DNA of 43,620 bases from Octopus bimaculoides (Eukaryota): positions 54,056,698 through 54,100,317 of the forward strand of contig NC_068994.1 of assembly GCF_001194135.2 (NCBI RefSeq), given 5' to 3'. Within the stretch, counting starts at the first letter, position 1; every line of letters starts with the position of its first letter. The translations under genes and the position numbers were made by a program. Positions 29,316 to 41,691 of this stretch are shown piece by piece. Below the pieces are notes generated by a model. It was not told the DNA's origin and ran no database searches. It was given only the letters and a program-made list of their open reading frames with translations.

Positions 29316-29650
29316 TGCGTGGCACCTTGGGCAAGTGTCTTCTACTATAGCCTTGGGCCGACCAAAGCCTTGTGAGTGGATTTGGTAGACGGAAACTGAA
29401 AGAAGCCCGTCGTATATATGTATGTATGCATATGTATGTGTGTGTATATGTTTGTGTGTCTGGGTTTGCCCCCCCCCCCAACATCGCTTGACAACCGATG
29501 CTGGTGTGCTTACGTCCCCGTAACTTAGCGGTTCGGCAAAAGACACCGACAGAATAAGTACTAGGCTTACAAAGAATAAGACTTGCACGACTAAAGGCGG
29601 TGCTCCAGCATGGCCACAGTCAAATGACTGAAACAAGTAAAAGAGTAAAG
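29316..29650 (+). mobile_element. SINE family B/C (ggcaccttgggcaagtgtcttctactatagcc ... ccagcatggccacagtcaaatgactgaaacaagtaaaag), well-preserved copy
   Basis: Homologous copies at 3008-3355, 9100-9430 (-), 14465-14620, 21575-21700, 24840-25005 (-), 36190-36310 (-), 37400-37560 (-) and 43290-43510 (-). CCTTGGGCAAG resembles the CORE-SINE central segment. Confidence 0.85.
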
Positions 29651-32319
29651 GAAATATAATAACAGTAATAATTATAATAATAATATTAATAATTGATAAT
29701 AAAGAATTAGGCTTCTAACGAAACCAGTTCCAATTTCATTTCACAAAAACGAAACAGAAAATAAAATACCTTCTTGCTTCAGTTTCCACCTCTTATTATC
29801 GCCCTTAATTACCTTGCTGTTTAATATACCTGGATGCTTGTTCTTTTACTTGAACATCAGCATCCATGTTGTCAGCTGGAACCAAACAGGATTTGTCTAC
29901 CAAATATTATTTGTCCATCATACGTCTTCTTTTATTGCTCACTGGTCTGTTCCATTTGCATTCTTTGATGTTGTTATTTAACATAATATATAAACCTTTA
30001 GTTTGGTTACTAACTCGATATTCAGTTGTGAAATTCCAAAATCTACCTCACAAACTTGAATAATATTTTCTTCGAGTGACTCAAAAGTGTTTATTATTAT
30101 TTTTTTAAAAATTCCACGCAGTAAAACTAATAAATAGTTTCGACGATATGAAAACCTGGAGATGTAATTAATATTGGTTAATGTCTATCAAACGCGTAAG
30201 GAATCAGTCTGAGTCGAGTAGGAATTATGAACAAAAGAAGGATTCGCAGGATTTCGTTGTTATACAGAACCAAAACCATCTCCGATTGAGTAGAGTTACA
30301 TATTTTTAAAAAGAAGATTAAGGGAGATTTGGCTGCTATTTTTAGCTTTTTGATAAATTGCGAACAAGTACTTCGCTCCCTAATTGACTCTGGTCACACA
30401 GATACTTGCTTTTACCGCCCTAAATTCAAATTGATCTTTGAATATGGTCCACAATGCGTGTATTTGTTTCTATGTTAAGTTATAATAAAAACAATTTTAC
30501 ATTAAACCGAAGGATTATTCTATAATTTATTAATAATTAATGTATACTGTATTAATTATTCTTTAACAAAAATAGTATTGATAGCATAGCTTCGTCAATT
30601 GATTTTTAAGGCGAATTCATTTTACTACGTAGCACCAATTTAGTTCGAGTTACTGTTCTCGCTGTACTGCGTTCGAATTTCGTTGTGGATCGACTTAACT
30701 TCTTTTTATAAACTGGAGCCTCGAATGGCTCAGTGCGTTAACCTTAAAAATCAATTAACGAAATTAGAAATTATAAATAAATAAATAAAATAATAATTTA
30801 AATTAAGGACCCCCACCACCCCGAAATCCCTGCTTCTAAGTAACGAACAACAAAATGGTTAGCAATACAGAATGCGGCAGAAAAAGCTCCAATATTTTGC
30901 ACGGCCTTTGATATGGTGTTAGCGAAATTAGGCAAGTGGTAATGGTGTCTGCATACGGCAAATGTTTTGCCGTTTATAGTTTTGGTTATTGTCATGGTTT
31001 GAATCGGTACACATTGTACATTTGCTGTTGAAACATTTATCAAGAATGGGAAATCCGAAGGCAGGTTTTGCCGTATCCTTTACCTACATACATACATGCA
31101 TGCGTATATACGCACACACATAATTACGTACATGCATGCGTATATACCAACATGTAGGACTGTATTAAAACAACAATTTAGAAAATTATAAGAGAGAATA
31201 TACGAATATATTTGGACATAAACTTCAAAGTAATGTTATTTCAACGATATGGTACAAGAGAATCTAAAGTTACAGGTTATGTTGATAACTGTTTCTAGTT
31301 AACGCACAAGGGGACATAGTTTGTATCATCGAACCCCGTATTCGGCGTGTACTTTATTTTAATGATTATGAAAGGATAAAAGGTGAAGTTGACCTTTGTG
31401 TGATTTGAACTCGGAGCCAGAAGATTCTGCATGGCTGCACCTTAATATGCATGAGCGCGCGCACGTGTGCGTATACATATATTGTTTTATTGTTTCTTTC
31501 AGTCATTAAGGCCGTGTGGTAATTCTGTAGTACTACCCTCCAAGTTTTGTATACGATCATACGAACGCCGGAATAAATTTCAGTCCTTCACTGAATCAGC
31601 ACAAGGTGCTCTGAATAAACGCTACACCTGAATCTTCTGAGGTGGTTTGACCATGTGAAGCGCATGTCTGACTCTTTTATCTTTTGTAAGTTTTCTCTAC
31701 AGCCAGCAACAGAATAGTCATTGCTTGGTCGGATGATTAAATAAATAGTTCAAAGACCAACTAGTGAGCCATATCAACCTTTGAAAAGTGGATGTCATCG
31801 CGATCCGTCGTTTACTTGGACAATCTAACGGGAAACTAAAGACAAGGGAGAGAAAGACATTCGGTACCACAATCAGGTGAACGGTGAAAAGAAGCATATA
31901 CAACGAAAGCAGTCTTTCCATCAAACACTTTACGTCTTGTCTGCTGGATTGTGATGTACAATCGCCAAAAAGGGACGCTCATTATTATTATCATTATCAT
32001 TTTGTCGAAAGATGGATGAATGTGGCAAAGATATCCCGATTGAGTGGGCCTGCCCTGAGCTTGCACCTGTTAGTTGAAGAGAACGGATGGAAGAGGTACG
32101 CTTGCCTGTGGTGTCCTTGGCGGACTGAGTGATCCAGGATTGACGAGGTTCCTTGGCTGCCTCTGGGTCGCACTCGTCCCTGTTGGGAAATTTTGTTGTT
32201 AATCTTCCAGTTAATTAAAATTTTTTCTATTATTTACACGTGTATATGTAACCACGTCCCCTAGCCTTCGTCTTTATATTACGCTCAATGTTTTTCGGTG
32301 CTTGTAGCTAATAAAGAAA

Positions 32320-32337
32320 TTATTATCATCATCATCA

Positions 32338-32403
<66 letters not shown>
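32320..32403. repeat. (ATC)n(ATT)n microsatellite
   Basis: Direct reading. Confidence 0.95.
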
Positions 32404-32405
<2 letters not shown>

Positions 32406-33682
32406 TAATAAAACAGTGTCTCAAATCAACTTCAAGTTCAAAACTAAGACTAAACTTTTTAAAAGCGTGTTTAGAATCTGGAGTTACTCCCCTTTGTAGT
32501 TTATCCAACTTTCGTGGATGAATTTTTTTCTTGTTTTCCTTTCATTTCATATTTGTTAAAATTTTAGTTCGCAATTGAAACTGTAACATTCTGTTTATCA
32601 TAAATCAGCATCTAAATAGACATGGAATCGAAAGATCAAATATATTTATAAAAATATTAGAGATATATCCTTAAATTAAGGATATCTTTTAGTTCTTTAA
32701 AAAAATTAAATTTTGATTTGAGTAAGATTTTCAATTTTTAATTCTTTTTTTCTTTCTTTCTTTCTTTTTCAACTTCTCTAAAATTTTCATTTCTGAAGAC
32801 ATTTCTGATTTCACTGTTTGAAATTATGACAAAATGAATAAAAATGCACAAAATAATGAAAGCAAAAGCCAAATCTGGAGTTCTTCCTGGGTTTATTTCC
32901 TCGACAAATAGGTGCAGGCGTGGCTGTGTGGTAAGAAGCTTGCTTCCCAACCTCATGGTTCCAGGGTCAGTCTTACTGCATGGAGATGTCTGCAAATGTC
33001 CCTGGCAAGAGTGGAGGTGCATTTTACTCAGCCACTTTCAGTTCTCTGCAATCATAAGAGGTGAGATGTGTGAACGAGTTGACTGGTCTCAATGTTCTGC
33101 AAGGGGTCTAGGTAGCAGAAGTGACGCTTCTATAGGGGCACAGAGAGAATATTCTAGAAAACTGAATCACACAGTGGCTCAATGCTGACTGGTTGTTTAA
33201 CAGACCTATTGTATGAAACTGCTGTGGCTTGGTCATGATGTCTGACTGGGTATCCAGAGATTCGGTTCTAAATCACTGCTACAAGCTCTAATTAAGGCCC
33301 CAGCTTCATGTAGTGCAGTGGTTTTGAATCTGGATGGCAATGCTCTCTGGAGGCTCACAATGGAAAGGTAGCTGGCAAGGGAGGAACTATGGAGGATGCT
33401 GGATGCTTAAATGGGTCAAGATTTTGAAAGTAAAATATAACCCTTTCAATGTCAGCGAATAGCTTAGATGGGTCACAAGAGAAGTAAATGTATTTTTGAT
33501 AACCTAAGGGGACTTAATTTGCACTGGAAGTTGTGACAATAACTAGAGAAAGAAAGAGAGTGAAAGAGTGTTGTGATATTTCTTGGAAAACTACTGGTTT
33601 TTCTGTCTACGCAAAGGGTAGACTATATAAAGTTTATTATAAGTCTTAAATGTGTAATATTTAATTCCTTATTGCCCACAAG

Positions 33683-33895
33683 GGGCTAAACATAGAGGAG
33701 ACAAACAAGGACAGACAAAGGGACTAAGTCGATTACATCAACCTCAGTGTGTAACTGGTACTTATTTAATTGATCCCGAAAGGATGAAAGGCAAAGTCGA
33801 CCTCGGTGGAATTTGAACTCAAAACGTAGCAGCAGACGAAATACTGCTAAGCATTTCGCCTGGCATGCTAACGATTCTGCCAGCTCACCGCCTTA
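33683..33895 (-). mobile_element. SINE family A copy with CpGs retained
   Basis: Reverse complement of the 8381-8597 type. Confidence 0.85.
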
Positions 33896-34369
33896 TGATT
33901 TGAGGTATGGACAGTGAATGAAGACAAGTTTTCGTCTGAAAAATTGGATTTTTATGCTGGAAAATATGATATGAAATCAATATTTGTATACTGATTTTGT
34001 ATGACTGAAACCAATACACAAATACGATATCAATATAATATTGATATAGTCTGATATCTCTAACAATATTGTCTTTATATTCTAGCAGGACAAAAACAAC
34101 AATAAATTTTGATTTTTTCCTTTTTTTAGTTTTTTTTTTTTTTTTTTTAATTTCTTCACTGTAGAATTTCTTCATTGTAGAATTTCAGAAAAACATCAGA
34201 AAAAAATATTCAGAAAGTAGAAGAATATTCTACGAAGTGAATCATTTAAAGGTCAAAATGGGAGAGAGTAAAGTATTAATAACAAATAACAGGAAATAGC
34301 TTTGCTAGATCTGTTGGACTTGAATCAGAATAAAATCAATTATGTGGACTCCAGTGTAATAATAAGAAT

Positions 34370-34885
34370 TTCTGATTTAAGCACAAGGCCAGCACTTATG
34401 AGGCGAAGGGGAAAGTCAATAGCATGAACCCAGTATTTGACAGGTACTTTATTTATCAATCTTTGAAGGATAAAAAGTAAAACTGACTTTGGCAGGATTT
34501 GAACTCAGAATGTAAAGAGTAAAAAAAGATACTGCTGAGCATTTTTTCTGAAGATCTATCAATTCTTTCAGCTCACCGCCTTATGTGTAATAATGGCAAC
34601 AAATTTTGGCAGAAGACCAGCAGTCTTAGGACAAGGAAGGTTAGTTTATCACATCTGTCCCAAGACTCATCTGATAGCTATTTCATTGAAGAAAAGCAAA
34701 GTTGACCTTAGCAGGATTTGAACTCAGAATGTAAAGAACCAAAAATAAGACTACAAAGCATTTTTTTCTGTAAATTTATTGATTCTGTTAGCTCACTGCC
34801 TTATCTGCAAAAATGGTTTCAAATTTTGGCACAAGGCCTGCAATTTTAAAGGATGTGGTTAGTTGGTTACATTAATCCAAGTACT
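34370..34885 (-). mobile_element. Three tandem diverged SINE family A copies
   Basis: Repeated ggatttgaactcagaatgtaaag / agctcac.gcctta segments at about 34370-34582, 34595-34803 and a partial at 34812-34885. Confidence 0.75.
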
Positions 34886-35289
34886 CTAATCTTTTGTCTT
34901 CTTTGATCTCCCTCTTCCTTCCACTTGGAGCACTCAATAAATTTATTATACAAATGACATCTTCCACACACATCACATGACCAGATCAGAACAGTTCTCT
35001 CCCCTGAACTCTAAACTTGATTCTCTTTCCAGTTTTTTTTCTCTCGTTTGTCTTCAATTGTTCATGCTCATTGACATTACATGTCTAGCAAGGTATGCTT
35101 GCCTCATTTCATTCCCATCTTCACAAAATCCTCTATATTCAAAACCAGTATCTCACACTTTAAATTATAATACTTAAATACAAAAATAACAAAAAAACAA
35201 AGACATCAATGTGCTTTTTAAAAGAAATAACATCCTGAACTTTCCCATCCTATTCTTGCTCTGGCTACAATGCCTTCAGAACACCCACG

Positions 35290-35356
35290 TCCACTGCTAA
35301 TTAAGTCAGAACACCAAGTCTCCACTGCTAATTAAGTCTCCACTGTTAATTAGGTC
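35290..35356 (+). repeat. Three copies of the 18-bp unit tccactgctaattaagtc
   Basis: Copies at 35290-35307, 35321-35338 and 35339-35356 (last has two mismatches). Confidence 0.85.
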
Positions 35357-36470
35357 GCCAAGATAACAAAAGCTAACATTTGCTAAAGAGCCTTCCAAGC
35401 AATTGAAGGAATCTATCTCATGTAATCTTACTAACTATTTCAATGATGTCCCAGATTTAGATGCAGAGAGGCCCTAAACCTATTCCACTTGTAAAAACCC
35501 TCCTTAAGAGCTTTATAAACATTAAACATCTTAACTGGAGGCTCCCTAGATTATGCGGCCCTAGGCTTGAGCCTGTTAAACCTATAAGTAAATCCATCGC
35601 TGCTTCTGTGCATCTATTATTTACGAAGCTTACTTTTCCTGTCGGCACACATACCTGTCTAATGACACCTGTGGGATATGCTGACATTGTGATCCTGCAA
35701 TACCTCATGTGTACCTATAGTTTATAACGGGTTCACTGTATGGAATTTCTGCCTAGTTGTCTTCTGCCTATTTTTATCTGATGGTAGTAGCTACAAGATT
35801 CTGTCTTGTGTCTTGCAAATTAAAACTTTAGTCTTTACTCTTTTTGCTTTGAGATCTATCAGTTCAAGATTTTACTTTGTAGTCTTGAATTTCCTCTTTA
35901 ATCTTGCACGTGCACACACACATACATCTACTCACACACATATACTCATCTAACCCATGAAGGGATTGAGAAACAAATGTAAAAATGAATATGTAGGGGT
36001 GGGGGAATATTATTAAGCATGGGGACAAGTGACAGTTAGCAACAGGAAAGACATCTGGCCTTAGGAAATCTTCCTCAACAAATTCTGATTGTCCCATGCA
36101 AGCATGGAAAATGGAAGTTAGAACGATGTTGATGATGATGATAATCCATACATATTCAATGAGTTTCTTCATGATTTCTTTCTGTTCTCCTCACAAGGTA
36201 TTGGCCAACCTGAATCTAGAGCAGAAAGACTCTTATCCAAGATACCACACAACGGGGTCAAACACAAAAGCACATGGGTGCAAATGAAGTTCTTAACCAC
36301 ACCCACACGTATGTGAGATGTATCAATTATCGCAATCAACTGAACCAGAATTTATTAACTGAGAAATAAACCAACTGGAATTTCTGACCTTTATCATGAA
36401 AATATTTAAAGCTACTAATATGTTACAAAAATCAGAAAAAGCGATGTAACATGCAACAGAAATATAGAAT

Positions 36471-36843
36471 AACAAGAGCACTCAGAGAGTGCAAACCTCA
36501 ACCAAAGGCAACACCAACGTCCTCTCAATGATTAACCGGAGATGATTTTTAAAATGAGAATATCTGAAATAAGCTCGACTGCTCTCACAAATAAGAATAC
36601 TAAAAATGAACCCAACTGCTCTCAAAAATTAAGTTAAAAAACAGGAAAAATAATCCAGAATCCTTGTCTGGTACCAGATCAGTACCAAAATCTAATCAGT
36701 TTGTGCTAGTCATGAGGCCAAACATCCCTGGAAGTTTCGTGTGAATCCATTCAGTGGTTCTTGAGATATCTTGTCCATGGACAAACAAACAAACAAATGT
36801 GACTGAAAACAATACCTCGGCCTTCGCTGAGGTGGAAATGATA
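36471..36843 (+). mobile_element. Helentron-type non-autonomous element (HINE/DINE-1-like)
   Basis: 5' acaagagcactcagagagtgcaaacctc, internal (CAAA)n, 3' hairpin ACCTCGGC-cttc-GCTGAGGT at 36814-36833. Confidence 0.55.
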
Positions 36844-37807
36844 AATCACTTCTAAAGAAGACTAAACATTTAGAATGTACTGATTTACATTCAGCTTCAG
36901 AGCATCTGCGGTTGTACTAAGAATTTATCCTCTTGGTAGTTCCTCATAGTCTGAGAAAGACTGTTCAGCAATTCCTTTGTAAACACCCTGCAGATACAAT
37001 TCGTTTACAGTGCTTTGATACTTGTGCTGCACATAAACTCACTGCCTCCATCAAATCAACCTTTGCCAGTAGAAGGCTGGCAACGGCCACGATTGGATGG
37101 TGGTTTTTACGTGCCACCGGCACAGGGGTCACAACTACAATTTCCATTTGATTTTCATTTTGATGTTGATATACTTGACTCAATAGGTCTCCTCAAGCAT
37201 AGCAGGTCGCCCTACGCTCCAAGGTGCTTTTGAATGGGCTGGCAATGGTTATGCAAAACTGGCGTAGGATACAGCCGCAAACTCCCTTTATTTGCCAGGT
37301 CTTCGCGGTCACAGCATGTCTCCAGAGGTCTCAGTCTTTTGTCATTGCCTCTGTGAGGCCCGACGTTCGAAGGTCATGCTTCACCAATATATATATGTTA
37401 AGTTACTTCCAGTTTCCATCTACCAAATTTACTCACAGGGCTTTGGTTAGCCCTTGGTTGTAGTAGAAGACTCTTGACCAATATGCTGTGGAGTGGGAGT
37501 GAACCTGGGACCATATGGCTGGGAAGCAAGCCTCTCAACCGCATAGCCATGTCTGCACCATACATATAATGTGCTTTTATAGATGCAGAAATGGCTGTCT
37601 GGTTGAGATTTTGATGGTGATGACAACAATGATGAGGATGACGGTGATGATGATGATGATATATGCTTTCATTTCTGTTGGTCATTTAGTTTGTTATGGC
37701 AGTGAGCATCATAACCTTTTGTGTTGTTTTTATGTATTTCTTGTTCTGTTGATTGTATTTCTTCTCCCTTATTCTAAACACTTACCATTTCCATTTCTTT
37801 GTTGCAG

Positions 37808-37926
37808 TCTATCAATATGGAATTGCATCTGCTTCCACCAGTTACCAATATTTTGAAATTCTCATTCCAGAGGAAATCTCATACATATATAAAATAAGAG
37901 CTGCAGAGAATTTCGGGACTTCCTTT
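37808..37926 (+). CDS. PRADC1: PRADC1 exon (VYQYGIASASTSYQYFEILIPEEISYIYKIRAAENFGTSF)
   Basis: ttgttgcag acceptor, gtaagt donor, phase 1 to 0. Confidence 0.9.
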
Positions 37927-38484
37927 GTAAGTCTATTCTCATCATTCCATTATTTTTGTTTAATTAATATAGGGATATTTGTAAGGTGCTGAGCTGGCAG
38001 AATTGTTAGCATGCTGAGCAAAATGCTTAGTGGCATTTCATCTGCCTTTATGTTCTGAGTTCAAATCCCACCAAGGTTGACTTTGTCTTTCGTCCTTTCT
38101 GGATTGATAAAATGAATACCAGTTGTGAACTGGGGTCAATGTAATTGACTTACTTTCTCCCCTTAAATTGCTGGCCTTGTGCCAAAATTTGAAATCAGTT
38201 ACGGGGGAGTTGTGATAGAAAGGTGTTTGGAAAGGCAGCCAGCCATAAAAACTCTGCCGAAACAGACACACCAGACTTCTGATGCTATATATAGGTTTAC
38301 AGTTATCACGTAGGCACTTTAAATTTCTACTAAAACATTTTATTACATTTAAATTTCTATCTTACAATTAACTAAATTAGCATAGAATAATGGTTTCATA
38401 TTTTTTTATAATTAAGATCTAAACTGTTAATATATGAATGCAACAGAGATAATTGAATAACTGTAAACCTACTTTTGGGCCACC

Positions 38485-38529
<45 letters not shown>

Positions 38530-40450
38530 TGCATATAATCTTGAAGCTATGAGAGAATGCCTGATTAATTCAAAACAATGTGAATAAATAAGCATTACAT
38601 TTTGGTAGAGTAATCTAAAGGGTTCAACACACAGGATTTTGCTCAGAACACCAGTGGATTGCCAGACATGGTATTTAGTCATTTCAATGACCAATATGCT
38701 GGATGATCTAAGCCAAAACCAATTATTCAGTTAATTACACTTAATCAGGTCCATGTAATTATTCAGTTACATATATATATCTGTCGATTGTTAGATAAAA
38801 ACTAGTTAGATGAGTTGCTTGCTAAATTAATACACACGTGCCCCAGCATGGCCACAGTCTAATGACTGAAACAAGTAACACATAAAACATAAAACATAAA
38901 ACATTTTACAGCTTTACATTAAAATACTGATATATATATATAACATGTCATCATCATTATCGTCATTTAACGTCCATTGTCCATGTTAGCATGGATTGGA
39001 TGGTTTGAATGGGCTGGCATGCTGGAAGGCTGCACCAGACTCCAGTTTGGTTTGGCATCGTTTTCTATGACTGGATGCCCTTCCATAAAATTTTTAATAT
39101 TTTATTAAATTTTTATCAAATTGCTTTTAGATTTTTAGACATTAAAAAATGTTAAATTTGAAACAATTAAAAAAAATAACTGTTCAAACTTGTTATTTTG
39201 CAGAGACACATATACCACAGGATAAATTTAGTTGTCGCAGAACCTTACTTAGGGTGCAGTCCTCTTCTTAATAAACATGTTGTTGATGGAGCAGTTGTTC
39301 TTCTGAAGCAAGGGTAAGGAGGAGGATTTAGGTTTTAAATTTTGAAAGTTTCTATTGGTTTATATACAGAATTTTATATGGAATTGCAGAGCAAATGATG
39401 TTTGCTATAATTTATTAAAACACTTTAACAAAAAAATATATCGACTATGTGTGTGTATATGTCACAGATAGCGAACGTGTGTTTGTGTTGATTGACATGT
39501 CATGACATTCATTATATACTCACACATACATGCACATACATACATATATACATGCTCACACATACATACATATATACATGCTCACACATACATACATATA
39601 TACATGTGCACATACATAAAAAGTATACTTAATTCCTCAAATTGTTCAGTCAATTATTCTAAATTTAGTGTCAAAATTATTGCCGTGTGTCTCTTTTATA
39701 GGAAATGCACATTTGTTACCAAAAGCTTCCATGCTGAGCAGGCAGGAGCTGTTGCTGTATTGATCACAGACAGTGATTCCAACAACGACAGTGAATATTT
39801 CAACATGATACATGACAGCTCTAGTCACATCATTGACATCCCGGTTTTCTTCATGCTTGGAAAAGATGGGTAAGCTATTATCTTTAGTTATTTCTTTTAT
39901 TTGTCATTATGATGTAACATTAATGAATTATAACGAAAATGATGTCAAGAGTTCACATATTTAATCTTTTGCTTTTTTTTTTTGTTGGTTACTTATTATG
40001 AAACTCTCAAAATTTCCAGTCAATGGTAATCATGTATAGCATTATTTCCCTCTTTTCAGAAATTGACAGCATGACATAACTTGTGACATATTAGTTAAAC
40101 ATTCTATGAAATGAGACATTTCTGGATGGAAAATAATCATTGTCTGGAAGAAATTCATGGAATGTGTGTTTTTCTTTTTCTGTTTCTCATTATTAAGGCA
40201 ATGAGCTTTCAACATCATTAGCACACTGGACAAAATGCTTAATGACATCTCATCAGTCTTTATATTCTGAGTTTAAATTCGTGCCAAGGCTGACTTTTCT
40301 TTTATCCTTTTGGAGTCAATGAAATAAGCACCAGTTGAGCACTGTGGTCAATGTAATTGACTTGGTCTCTTGGCCCCTATAATAGAAAAGTTTGTTATTG
40401 TTGTTGGTGTTGTTATTATTATTGTTGTTGTTATTATTTAATATTATTAC

Positions 40451-40487
<37 letters not shown>

Positions 40488-41023
40488 GAGTGAGAGAGCA
40501 GTGCATACCATCCAAGTGACACTGGGGTAAAATATATGAAGACCAGTATACCCATCATGACTGCTCATCTGATAAGGGTACACCAGGCACATGCATCACA
40601 ACCGTATGTGTACAACATGGTGATCTCATATCAAGATAAACAGCACATAACCTTGCAGATGGGGCCCAGTTAGAATTTTCTTCAGGTTGAGTAGCGAATC
40701 CCACTCAAAAGGTGCCTGAATAAGGCTTGTTTGAGGATGATGAATGAAACACCCATATTTCCAAAGGTGAATTATTCAAACACCAAAGAATTCCTTTTAA
40801 CACATGGCTATGATGCTCCCCAACTACTTCTGCTTATGATCAGAGATGCACTTATCGTCAGCCACTAAGGGACATGCTCAACTGGTTAAGGTCAAACAAA
40901 TGACAAGCAAATCTGTGGTATTGGGCAAAATATTTGCTGAAGCCCATCTTTTATAACAAGACAAAATTATTATCATATTATAATCATTATTATTATTAAA
41001 TATCACTGTTATTATGATTATTA

Positions 41024-41055
<32 letters not shown>

Positions 41056-41179
41056 CTATAGGTGGATGATAAGCGAGACGTTAAGACGATGGTACCACTT
41101 TGGCATCATAAACATCCCAGTGAATATCAGCCGAGTTCCTGTAGATCAACTTCACTTCCCACCTTGGACAATATGGTGA
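37808..41179 (+). CDS. PRADC1: Protease-associated domain-containing protein 1 orthologue; four exons shown, signal-peptide exon uncertain
   Basis: Exons 37808-37926, 39204-39313, 39702-39869 and 41062-41179 are GT-AG and phase-consistent. Translation includes YQYFEILIPEEISYIYKIRAAENFG, INLVVAEPYLGC, GKCTFVTK, MIHDSSSHIIDIPVFFMLGKDG and IPVNISRVPVDQLHFPPWTIW*. This matches recalled human PRADC1 segments (YLYFQVLSPGDIRYIF, GGCSFLSK, ADIPALFLLGRDG, IPVNVT, QPPWTFW*). Confidence 0.93.
39204..39313 (+). CDS. PRADC1: PRADC1 exon (RHIYHRINLVVAEPYLGCSPLLNKHVVDGAVVLLKQG)
   Basis: ttattttgcag acceptor, gtaagg donor, phase 0 to 2; start of the PA domain. Confidence 0.9.
39702..39869 (+). CDS. PRADC1: PRADC1 exon, PA domain core
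   Basis: cttttatag acceptor, gtaagc donor; KCTFVTKSFHAEQAGAVAVLITD. Confidence 0.93.
40393..40487. repeat. (TTG)/(TTA)n microsatellite tract
   Basis: Direct reading. Confidence 0.9.
41062..41179 (+). CDS. PRADC1: PRADC1 terminal coding exon (WMISETLRRWYHFGIINIPVNISRVPVDQLHFPPWTIW*)
   Basis: cctatag acceptor, phase 2; conserved PPWTxW C-terminus; TGA at 41177-41179. Confidence 0.92.
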
Positions 41180-41610
41180 TTCTACCAAGGACTTTTTATC
41201 CTCTCAGTGGCAAAAATATCTTCTGCCAATATCGTACAGAATCCTGCAATATTTCTGAATACCTGACTGAGAAGAAGAATGGTTTTTTTTCTTTTGTAAA
41301 TTTTCTTACTTTTCTTATTATTCAAGAAAATTGCTGCTGTCTCTTATGTCAAGTTATTTCCTTTCGGTAAAGTGGGTGCTTATGTGTGTGTTTGGCAAAA
41401 TATACGAAGGGATAATATTTTACCATTTTTACTAGCATAAAGACAGAACATATACACACACGCATGCACGCACACACACACACACACACACACACATCAT
41501 ATATATATACATCATATATATATACATACATATATATATATATGTTGATCAGGAACGTCAAAATTTGAATAACTAGACATGAGGTGCCAGTTGTTATAAC
41601 CATATATATA

Positions 41611-41691
41611 NNNNNNNNNNNNNNNNNNNNNNNNNNNNNNNNNNNNNNNNNNNNNNNNNNNNNNNNNNNNNNNNNNNNNNNNNNNNNNNNN
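41611..41691. other. Assembly gap (81 N) within a (TA)n tract
   Basis: Direct reading. Confidence 0.98.

Noticed and set aside
30798-31043. 81-aa minus-strand ORF as a first exon
   Set aside because: It starts at a non-ATG codon, I found no donor that links it to the downstream islands, and I recognise no family.
40316-40558. Hydrophobic poly-Ile/Asn ORF
   Set aside because: It is the reverse complement of a (TTA)n/(TTG)n tract plus a SINE.
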